This document shows positions 7,041 through 13,240 of a stretch of 14,554 nt of DNA, one piece after another. The stretch lies in the IMG/VR virus record IMGVR_UViG_2579778702_000011; one strand, 5' to 3'. Every line of letters begins with the position of its first letter. Within the stretch, counting starts at the first letter, position 1. The position numbers and the translations under genes were made by a program. Under the pieces are notes generated by a model. That model was not told where the DNA came from and did no database searches. It was given only the letters and a program-made list of their open reading frames with translations. The stretch comes from a virus. Lineage: Duplodnaviria > Heunggongvirae > Uroviricota > Caudoviricetes.

Positions 7041-7697
7041 ATGAAGTCTTTAGGTGAACGTCTCATCAACGCACGGCAAAAAGCTGGGTTAACACAAGAT
7101 GCGTTGGCTAAAAAAGCTGGGATCACCAGAGTTGCAATCAGTAAAGCCGAGCAAGGCCTTACAAAAAGTTTCAACGGTGACACCCTTTTTAAAGTTGCAG
7201 CTGCACTGCGGTGTTCACCGCAGTGGCTTCAGAACGGAGATGAAAAAGATAAGCATTGGGAAAATAATGTTAAGAGCTGCCCACAGAGAGACACAGCACA
7301 CTCTTACCCTGTAATTAACTGGGTTCAGGCAGGATTATTCGCAACTTCTGGTGATGACTACAACATGTATGATCAGGATAATTGGAGGCATTCTGTAAAA
7401 TACGCTGGTGAGAGGGGGTTCTGGCTGGAAGTGCACGGAGACTCAATGACTTCGCCCGTAGGAATAACATTTCCTGAAGGAATGTCGATCCTTGTCAACC
7501 CAGATAAAGAAGTTTTTTCAGGGTGTTACGTCATCGCCAGAAAAAAATCCACCAATGAAGCAACATTCAAAAAATATATTTCTGACATGGGAAAGGCGTT
7601 TCTAAAGCCCCTTAATCCACAATATCCAATCATAGAAATGGACAATGATTGCGAAATAGTAGGTGTTGTGGTTGATGCCAGGTGGGATATTTTCTGA
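7041..7697 (+). CDS. CI/LexA-type prophage repressor (N-terminal HTH-XRE, C-terminal S24 peptidase autocleavage domain)
   Basis: HTH 'LTQDALAKKAGITRVAISKAEQG'. Ala-Gly cleavage site in 'WVQAGLF'. Catalytic Ser in 'GDSM' and Lys in 'ATFKKY'. SD GAGAGGAG before ATG 7041; the track's upstream ATG at 6966 lacks an SD and would overlap the operators. Confidence 0.9.
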   Translation: MKSLGERLINARQKAGLTQDALAKKAGITRVAISKAEQGLTKSFNGDTLFKVAAALRCSPQWLQNGDEKDKHWENNVKSCPQRDTAHSYPVINWVQAGLFATSGDDYNMYDQDNWRHSVKYAGERGFWLEVHGDSMTSPVGITFPEGMSILVNPDKEVFSGCYVIARKKSTNEATFKKYISDMGKAFLKPLNPQYPIIEMDNDCEIVGVVVDARWDIF

Positions 7698-7702
7698 CCA
7701 GA

Positions 7703-7723
7703 CACAAAACACAAAACACAAAA
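7703..7723. repeat. three tandem heptamers CACAAAA just after the repressor stop
   Basis: Read directly; phased A-tracts. Confidence 0.6.
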
Positions 7724-7728
7724 AGAAA

Positions 7729-7805
7729 CCAAAGTATCAAAAATCACTTGCCACACCTTGATACCTTAGTTACCATAAAACAAAGTTCGTAACTGAGGTA
7801 TCATC
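7729..7805. promoter_or_regulatory. OL-like operator/promoter region: the same TATC-core motif in both orientations, with a pL-like promoter candidate
   Basis: aaaGTATCAA (7731..7740), TTGATACC (7758..7765, inverted) and GGTATCA (7798..7804). Promoter candidate TTGCCA (7748..7753)-N17-TACCAT (7771..7776) reading into the gene at 7808. Confidence 0.4.
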
Positions 7806-7807
7806 TC

Positions 7808-8224
7808 ATGATCAATAAAGCTACAACTCTTGACTGTCTCGAAGAACTGAAAAACCTCGGCAGCCTCATTACACTAATAGCAAAAGCAACACCTGATGCT
7901 ACGCTCTCTAGCGATATAGAGTCATGCGCAGGGCTGGCATGGGATATGACAAATAGCATATCCAGAAAGCTATCGTCAGCAATGCTTTTACAGAATAAAA
8001 ATTCTGCAATCAACAACCGTCTTCGCACCCAACGCGAAGCCTGCGGCTTAACAACCGCCGAACTCGCCAGGCTGCTCGATCTCGATGAAGAAATTATCAT
8101 CCAGTGGGAGAGCGGAGAGTATGAACCAACTATCAGTATGCTTATCCCACTGGCAAATATTCTTGGCTGCGATCCGATGTGGCTGTTAACTGGTAAACCA
8201 ACAGGTGGGGATACTTGCGCATGA
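7808..8224 (+). CDS. protein with C-terminal HTH-XRE DNA-binding domain (138 aa); first gene of the pL-like operon
   Basis: HTH 'LTTAELARLLDLDEEIIIQWESGEYEPTISMLIPLANILG'. GAGG 9 nt upstream of ATG 7808. Confidence 0.7.
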   Translation: MINKATTLDCLEELKNLGSLITLIAKATPDATLSSDIESCAGLAWDMTNSISRKLSSAMLLQNKNSAINNRLRTQREACGLTTAELARLLDLDEEIIIQWESGEYEPTISMLIPLANILGCDPMWLLTGKPTGGDTCA

Positions 8225-8463
8225 AAAACTGTGATGCTTACCATATTTGTCTCATTGGTGAATTGCTTGATTTCATACAAAAAAGCACTGCGCGCAATAA
8301 TAAAAATATAACATATGGTGATCTGGTAATAATTTCAGAGGATATAAAGAGCATCGCTCTTAAATTCAAGAGCGACGCGAGTATTGATGACGCTATTTAC
8401 GCTTATCTTGCGAAAATAATTGACGGATCCAAAATCCAGCCTCTGGATGAACCTCGTCAGTGA
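8221..8463 (+). CDS. hypothetical small protein (80 aa), coupled to the HTH gene by ATGA
   Basis: ATG 8221 overlaps the TGA of the upstream gene (the track's 8215 start is a TTG). AT-rich with six ATA codons, so coding status is uncertain. Confidence 0.4.
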   Translation: MKNCDAYHICLIGELLDFIQKSTARNNKNITYGDLVIISEDIKSIALKFKSDASIDDAIYAYLAKIIDGSKIQPLDEPRQ

Positions 8464-8620
8464 AAAACTCCTTTGATGAAGATGAGAACTGCTTCATAAA
8501 CTTTACTTTATCTTCAGGTGAAACTACCTGACGAATTAATGCGGAGATAGCAACTTTGTGCCAAATTAATTCTTTTTTGAGTTCTGAAATCTCTTTTTCG
8601 AGTTGCTCTGCGTTAATCAT
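8393..8620 (-). CDS. hypothetical small coiled-coil protein (75 aa), transcribed against the surrounding plus-strand genes
   Basis: Strong SD GGAGGA 3 nt before ATG 8620. N-terminus EQLEKEISELKKEL. Its 3' end overlaps 8221..8463 convergently by 71 bp. Confidence 0.5.
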   Translation of the reverse strand: MINAEQLEKEISELKKELIWHKVAISALIRQVVSPEDKVKFMKQFSSSSKEFFTDEVHPEAGFWIRQLFSQDKRK

Positions 8621-8731
8621 TTATCCTCCATTGAGAGCTGAATTGAAAATGGGGACCAACACGCGGCTACGTGTGGTCGTGCGCCGGACACGGATAAGCA
8701 TCCGGTAACTGATTATCAATCATTGCGGAAA

Positions 8732-8760
8732 CAGTCTCAATATGAAAACACTTCTGAGAC
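8732..8760. promoter_or_regulatory. inverted repeat AGTCTCA-N15-TGAGACT just upstream of a TATATA -10-like element, in a divergent intergenic region
   Basis: Read directly. Lies between the minus-strand gene ending at 8620 and the plus-strand gene starting at 8800; TATATA is at 8765..8770. Confidence 0.3.
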
Positions 8761-8799
8761 TCGCTATATAGCAGGACATATAAGTCAGCTGAGGAAGCC

Positions 8800-9165
8800 A
8801 TGAAAAAGTTCGAAAACATAACTGTTCTCCATGTTGATGACTTTGATTATACAAACCCGGAACTTCTCCCGGAGGTTGTAAAGGCAATAGATGTTGCCGA
8901 TATAGTGATTAGAGAAAAGAGAATTGTCAAAAACAGGCTCGCATGCACTTCAGGAGCAATGACAGAAACAACCTCACAGCAAGATAATTACGAAGGCATT
9001 TGTCTGGAGCCTGATTCATTTGCGGTAAATGTTTATCATTTATTGCATGCAACACAGGTATTACATATGTCCAGTAATCACGAAACGAAAACACTCGGCA
9101 GCGAAATTCTGAGTTTTGCATGTGAGTATACAAAAGCTGCTGCCGAAAAAGAATTAGCGCAATAA
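8800..9165 (+). CDS. hypothetical protein (121 aa)
   Basis: ORF track; GAGGAAG SD before ATG 8800; no motif recognised. Confidence 0.65.
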   Translation: MKKFENITVLHVDDFDYTNPELLPEVVKAIDVADIVIREKRIVKNRLACTSGAMTETTSQQDNYEGICLEPDSFAVNVYHLLHATQVLHMSSNHETKTLGSEILSFACEYTKAAAEKELAQ

Positions 9166-9243
9166 CAACAAATATGCCCTGAACGTTTATTGCGGTTTTA
9201 TCGCCGGGGATTGTTACAACCTTAATCCACAGGAGGCTTTATT

Positions 9244-9357
9244 GTGACTTTTATAAAGAATATGGCATCACACAAGACCGCCTGCCTTATTGCACAATAC
9301 GGTGAAAATTACATGCATATTGCCTGCTTATTTCTGCGTAAAGCATACGGGAGATAA
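9244..9357 (+). CDS. possible small ORF (37 aa, GTG start)
   Basis: AGGAGG 8 nt upstream of GTG 9244. Ends with TAA 2 nt before the next ATG. Below the ORF-track size threshold; translated by hand. Confidence 0.3.
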   Translation: MTFIKNMASHKTACLIAQYGENYMHIACLFLRKAYGR

Positions 9358-9359
9358 TA

Positions 9360-9590
9360 ATGCATCAGAAAACAGCAGAACACGAACAAACCAGAGTATT
9401 GCTGACCATCAAAAACGGGAAAGTAATATTCATTCGCCATGTTCATGACGATGAACTTGTAGGAACTCTTTCAACATTCCTGTTTATTGCAGAAAGGGCA
9501 GGATATGACGTTATTGCACCAGCAGATGAAGATGAAGATGAAGATGAAGATGAAGATGAAGATGAAGATGAAGATGAAGATGAGGAATAA
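9360..9590 (+). CDS. small protein with C-terminal poly-(Asp-Glu) tail (76 aa; about 55-aa globular part plus (DE)10E)
   Basis: ORF track; the tail is encoded by a perfect (GATGAA)9 tract. Confidence 0.7.
   Translation: MHQKTAEHEQTRVLLTIKNGKVIFIRHVHDDELVGTLSTFLFIAERAGYDVIAPADEDEDEDEDEDEDEDEDEDEE
9525..9578 (+). repeat. hexanucleotide microsatellite (GATGAA)x9, in frame
   Basis: Read directly; followed by GATGAGGAATAA. Confidence 0.95.
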
Positions 9591-9595
9591 ATATC

Positions 9596-10177
9596 ATGCA
9601 ATACGATGAATTCCAGGCTGAAGCAACAGCCAATGGTATACGAACTGGCAGTATGACGATTGATTATCACGACGCCATACGTCGTCTGGATGCCGGAGAA
9701 TTCGATACTCCTAATGTGCGAGGTTTACGTATCCTTCAGTGTCTGGCGCAAGCCGACGAAGCAGGATTACTGGGTAAACTTCCGGTTGAGATGAAGGTTG
9801 CTCAGTGGCGATGGTTGTATGTGACGACATTCATCAACGAAGAAGAAGACAAGAACGGCACAATTGATATCTTGAATGAACACGGAACAACTGAACACGC
9901 CGTGGTATATAACGGGATGTATGGGTTTATGACGATATATCCCGGCCCCATTCGATTTGCCTTACAACAGTATATTGAATGGAATTTAATTCAAAAATAC
10001 GGCGAAGCTGAAGGAATGGGAAGAGCGCTGTTTCTTTATCAGAAAATGCTCACTACTTCCCCTGATAAAGGTTTCATTCTTTCAGATATGGGTCGAGAAG
10101 GGCTTGAAATCCTTCTGGATGAAATTATTAACGAAATGAATACTCATGGCATGCAATCCGAAACAGATATTAAGTAA
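9596..10177 (+). CDS. hypothetical protein (193 aa)
   Basis: ORF track; GAGGA 9 nt upstream of ATG 9596; no motif recognised. Confidence 0.65.
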   Translation: MQYDEFQAEATANGIRTGSMTIDYHDAIRRLDAGEFDTPNVRGLRILQCLAQADEAGLLGKLPVEMKVAQWRWLYVTTFINEEEDKNGTIDILNEHGTTEHAVVYNGMYGFMTIYPGPIRFALQQYIEWNLIQKYGEAEGMGRALFLYQKMLTTSPDKGFILSDMGREGLEILLDEIINEMNTHGMQSETDIK

Positions 10178-10187
10178 AAGGGACCAC

Positions 10188-10409
10188 ATGACCGTTATCG
10201 AGCATATCCAGGAAAATCCAGATTGCAGTAGAGAAGATATATCCCTCGCACTTGGAAGAAGCGCAACTTCTATCAGTAATGAATTATCACGGTTATTGTG
10301 GAATGGGTTAATAGTACGAACTGGAGAAAAAAACAAAATGATTCTGTACTGCGTAAACAATCTGCCGTTTGGATACAGCAATCCCCTCAGTGTTATGTTC
10401 AACCAGTGA
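10188..10409 (+). CDS. small protein, possibly winged-helix DNA-binding (73 aa)
   Basis: ATG 10188 with AAAGGGA upstream (the track start 10146 overlaps the previous gene and lacks an SD). Segment 'DISLALGRSATSISNELSRLLWNGLIVRTGEK' resembles a wHTH. Weak. Confidence 0.5.
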   Translation: MTVIEHIQENPDCSREDISLALGRSATSISNELSRLLWNGLIVRTGEKNKMILYCVNNLPFGYSNPLSVMFNQ

Positions 10410-10452
10410 TAGTGATGTTCCGACAGGAGAGAGCAGAGAAAGGGGAATCAGC

Positions 10453-11193
10453 ATGAAATTTTCCAAATTTTCTGAGTTGGTGAATCGTATTTTGTCCAAC
10501 AACCACAGCCATCGTCGCGATATGGATGTAACGATCGTTGTTCATTCGCCTGGCAGCATTGGTTCAACACCCTCAGTTGAAGTTCAGTCAATTCACGCTG
10601 GTTTTGATTGGGATTCCGGGAAAGTGCTGATTTTCCCAGCACAGCCACTGACCACTCTAACACCAGAACAGATTACTGATATTACTGATAGTGTGCGCAA
10701 AGGTCAGTCCTGGCACGCATATCAGGAATACAAGAAGCATAAAGAGCAGTTGGAAAAATTATCGATTGAACTTGATGCCGCAAAACAGCGCATTGCAGAG
10801 CTGGAGGGTAATTTCACGGCGCTGGCAGCGGAGAATGCGGGAATAAAGTCTGCAATTCCAGAATCACGGGATATTGAAGATGACAATGACAATATGGATG
10901 ACGTATCTCTCGCGGAAGACTTCGGGTTCAATCATGCAATAGAACGGATGAGGAGACAGATACCTGAAACGCCAACCACTGATGCTTTCCTGGCTGAAGT
11001 CCGGGCGCAGGGGGTGGATGCTGCTATAGAAGCTGCAAAAAATCTGGTGGCCCAAGAATATGAGTATAAGGATTTCAAAGCGGCGCAGAGTGATTGCTGT
11101 ATGTACCCTGGTTCAGACCTGGTAGGGAAGGTTGAAATGACTGAGTGGTTAGTTGACTTTGCTGCCCAGCTTCGCAAAGGAGGCAACCAGTGA
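10453..11193 (+). CDS. coiled-coil accessory protein, Ead/Ea22-like (tentative)
   Basis: ATG 10453 with AAAGGGGA SD (the track's 10369 start is a TTG). Central coiled coil (EQLEKLSIELDAAKQRIAELEGNF). Family assignment is from memory only. Confidence 0.6.
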   Translation: MKFSKFSELVNRILSNNHSHRRDMDVTIVVHSPGSIGSTPSVEVQSIHAGFDWDSGKVLIFPAQPLTTLTPEQITDITDSVRKGQSWHAYQEYKKHKEQLEKLSIELDAAKQRIAELEGNFTALAAENAGIKSAIPESRDIEDDNDNMDDVSLAEDFGFNHAIERMRRQIPETPTTDAFLAEVRAQGVDAAIEAAKNLVAQEYEYKDFKAAQSDCCMYPGSDLVGKVEMTEWLVDFAAQLRKGGNQ

Positions 11194-11675
11194 GCGAAAT
11201 TAATTACCAGGCACTGCGTGAGGTGGCGGAACGTGCAATTCCAGCAATGGAACGCCTGTTAATGTTGCCAGCTGATGATGACTTGTTAAGTGAACAGGAA
11301 CTTAAAGATTACGGTGTGGATATTGATGCGCTCAACGCCTTCAAATTTCTGACCGGACTAGAAACCGTGCTGGCACTGCTGGATGAACGGGAAAGAAACC
11401 TGCAATACATCAAAAGCCGCGATCAGGAGAACGAGGATATTGCGCTAACGGTAGGGAAGCTGCGCGTTGAGCTTGAAGCAGAAAAACAGCGGGCAAAAGT
11501 TCTATTTATGGAAAATGCTCGGCTTAAGTCAGGCATAGCCGGTCTGATACACCTCGGTATTCGATATGCAGATGTTGAGGTCATGAAAATTGCTGGAGAT
11601 GCCCAGCTTTCTACCCCATGCACTGACAGCATCATAAACAGCATTGCAACAGGCATTCGCATCAAAGGAGAGTGA
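11190..11675 (+). CDS. accessory protein, Ead/Ea22-like (tentative), GTG start
   Basis: AAGGAGG 7 nt before GTG 11190, which overlaps the upstream stop (GTGA). N-terminus 'MSEINYQALREVAERA'. Family assignment is from memory only. Confidence 0.6.
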   Translation: MSEINYQALREVAERAIPAMERLLMLPADDDLLSEQELKDYGVDIDALNAFKFLTGLETVLALLDERERNLQYIKSRDQENEDIALTVGKLRVELEAEKQRAKVLFMENARLKSGIAGLIHLGIRYADVEVMKIAGDAQLSTPCTDSIINSIATGIRIKGE

Positions 11676-11676
11676 T

Positions 11677-11940
11677 ATGGCAACTTTGACAAAAAAAGAA
11701 CAAGCATGGTTGAGCGAATTACAGGACGTTCTTGATCGCTGTCCATCACCGAAAAAAATTGGTTTTTACACCATTGGCGATAAAAGCATTTACCTGTATG
11801 ACCTGCGCCGCATGGATGAAATCATGGAGGCTCTTGATAATCGTTCGTCGATGGATTGGTGTGTTGCTGTTCATGATATGAATGCAGGGTTTGATGAAAA
11901 GATTTTGTTCCCCTCATCAGTTGAAAGCACTGCGGGTTAA
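11677..11940 (+). CDS. hypothetical small protein (87 aa)
   Basis: AAGGAG 7 nt before ATG 11677 (the track's 11644 start is a TTG). Confidence 0.6.
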   Translation: MATLTKKEQAWLSELQDVLDRCPSPKKIGFYTIGDKSIYLYDLRRMDEIMEALDNRSSMDWCVAVHDMNAGFDEKILFPSSVESTAG

Positions 11941-11950
11941 GGAGTAACAC

Positions 11951-12463
11951 ATGACCACTATAACCAAAGAGCGACTGCTGACAATCAAGCAGTGGCGCGA
12001 AACATACGGACCGGGTAGCAACGTTGTGCTTCCAGCAGAAGAAGCGGAAGAGCTGGCACGGATTGCGCTGGCATCACTGGCAGCAGAGCCGGTGGCAAAG
12101 ATTATAGCTCATTACCCATTAGGAGTTGACGTAGGCAAACAAAAATTCGTACAGGCCATTAGAGAGCTTCCTGACTTTGGCGGATATCTATTTGCCGCCC
12201 CTCCAGCGCCGATAGTGCCGGAAGAAATGTATTGGCAGGATGCGCCAGTTGAAGGCAGCAGCAAAGCGGCTGCATACGCTACAGGCTGGAACGATTGCCG
12301 CGAAGCCATGCTTCAGTCCGGAAACTTTCGGGAAAATAAAGATTCGTCAACCAATAATTTTCGGAAAATCCCGGAAGCGTCAACCAGCTCTCCGGTAACT
12401 CCGGATGGTTGGATAAGCTGTAGTGAGCGAATGCCGGACGACAGGCAGGAGGTGAATCAATGA
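11951..12463 (+). CDS. hypothetical protein (170 aa), possibly DUF551-like
   Basis: AAGGAG 8 nt before ATG 11951. The motif 'YATGWNDCREAMLQ' resembles a common prophage accessory family; tentative. Confidence 0.65.
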   Translation: MTTITKERLLTIKQWRETYGPGSNVVLPAEEAEELARIALASLAAEPVAKIIAHYPLGVDVGKQKFVQAIRELPDFGGYLFAAPPAPIVPEEMYWQDAPVEGSSKAAAYATGWNDCREAMLQSGNFRENKDSSTNNFRKIPEASTSSPVTPDGWISCSERMPDDRQEVNQ

Positions 12464-12543
12464 GCTGGCCTGATGCAATCGTAACTCTGGGGGTGGTATT
12501 CGCAGCAGCGTTTGTTGTGTTCTCGATTTGTCGATGGGGATAA
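12460..12543 (+). CDS. 27-aa hydrophobic single-helix peptide (MSWPDAIVTLGVVFAAAFVVFSICRWG)
   Basis: Hand translation. AGGAGG 8 nt before an ATG that overlaps the upstream stop (ATGA); the next gene starts 5 nt after its stop. Confidence 0.45.
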   Translation: MSWPDAIVTLGVVFAAAFVVFSICRWG

Positions 12544-12547
12544 CCAC

Positions 12548-12790
12548 ATGTTCGCTTTGATTCAACGCGGTCAGATATACACGGACAGAGCCGGATACCC
12601 CGTGGTGATTACTCGCATCACTGAGCACTCAGTGTTCTTTCGACGGATGGACGGACGATCCGGGCGGGTACGCATTGGTGAGTTAAACTGCCTGTTCGAA
12701 CATATTGACCACCAGGAGTACCGCAAAATTCTCGCGGACACTGAGCAGGAAAAGCACCTGAAAAAATTAGGAGCCATAAAAAGGAAGTAA
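12548..12790 (+). CDS. hypothetical small protein (80 aa)
   Basis: ATG 12548 (the track's 12512 start is upstream and lacks an SD); GGGGA 8 nt upstream. Confidence 0.55.
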   Translation: MFALIQRGQIYTDRAGYPVVITRITEHSVFFRRMDGRSGRVRIGELNCLFEHIDHQEYRKILADTEQEKHLKKLGAIKRK

Positions 12791-12793
12791 AGA

Positions 12794-12940
12794 ATGAATA
12801 AAGCATTTGAACGATGGGTCCACCAGCGTTACGGCAATCGCTATGACCTGACGCGAGATGTTGACGGCTTCTACTGTCGTGAAGTTGTGAAGCGAATGTT
12901 TGAAGTGTGGTGCCACTGCCGTGGGCTGAGTGTTGTGTGA
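12794..12940 (+). CDS. 48-aa Cys/His-containing small protein (MNKAFERWVHQRYGNRYDLTRDVDGFYCREVVKRMFEVWCHCRGLSVV)
   Basis: Hand translation; AAGGAAG SD 5 nt before ATG 12794; tightly packed between neighbouring genes. Confidence 0.45.
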   Translation: MNKAFERWVHQRYGNRYDLTRDVDGFYCREVVKRMFEVWCHCRGLSVV

Positions 12941-12948
12941 GGTAATAC

Positions 12949-13185
12949 ATGGGCAATGTGATTCAACTGGCTCCCAATGAATGGGTTTGTGAAAGCGTTC
13001 TTATCGCAATTACCGGGCTCAAACCAGGCACAATTCTTCGGGCCCGGAAAGAATGCTGGATGGTTGGAAGAGAGTATATTCACGTATCACCAGACGGTAA
13101 TCCAAAGCCTTCCAGTGAATGTATGTATAACAGAAAAGCAATAGATGCCTGGGTCGCCTCAATGAAAAACAAACAACCCAGGTGA
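12949..13185 (+). CDS. xis: excisionase-like small DNA-binding protein (DUF1233/Xis-like)
   Basis: 78 aa immediately upstream of the integrase. Motifs 'NEWV...ITGLKPGTILRARKE...GREYIHV...AIDAWV' resemble prophage excisionase-like proteins. GAGGT SD. Confidence 0.65.
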   Translation: MGNVIQLAPNEWVCESVLIAITGLKPGTILRARKECWMVGREYIHVSPDGNPKPSSECMYNRKAIDAWVASMKNKQPR

Positions 13186-13240
13186 TTTAATATCATGAAA
13201 TATGTAAGCTCGTATCGCTCTTGGGCGTCTGGAGGTATCG

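Noticed and set aside
7801-8280. Minus-strand ORF (159 aa) and minus ORF 7526..7756
   Set aside because: Antisense to the HTH gene and to the repressor gene, which both carry clear motifs; Ser/Leu-rich shadow-ORF composition.
8355-8373. boxA-like CGCTCTTA followed by a short hairpin (GCTCTT-aaattc-AAGAGC), reminiscent of a lambda nut site
   Set aside because: A single 8-mer match is expected by chance at roughly 0.4 occurrences in a window this size on two strands; it lies inside a putative coding region and is not followed by an identifiable N-like gene.
9443-9670. Minus-strand poly-Ser ORF
   Set aside because: It is the reverse-complement reading of the (GATGAA)9 tract; the plus-strand gene has the SD context and a coherent N-terminal domain.
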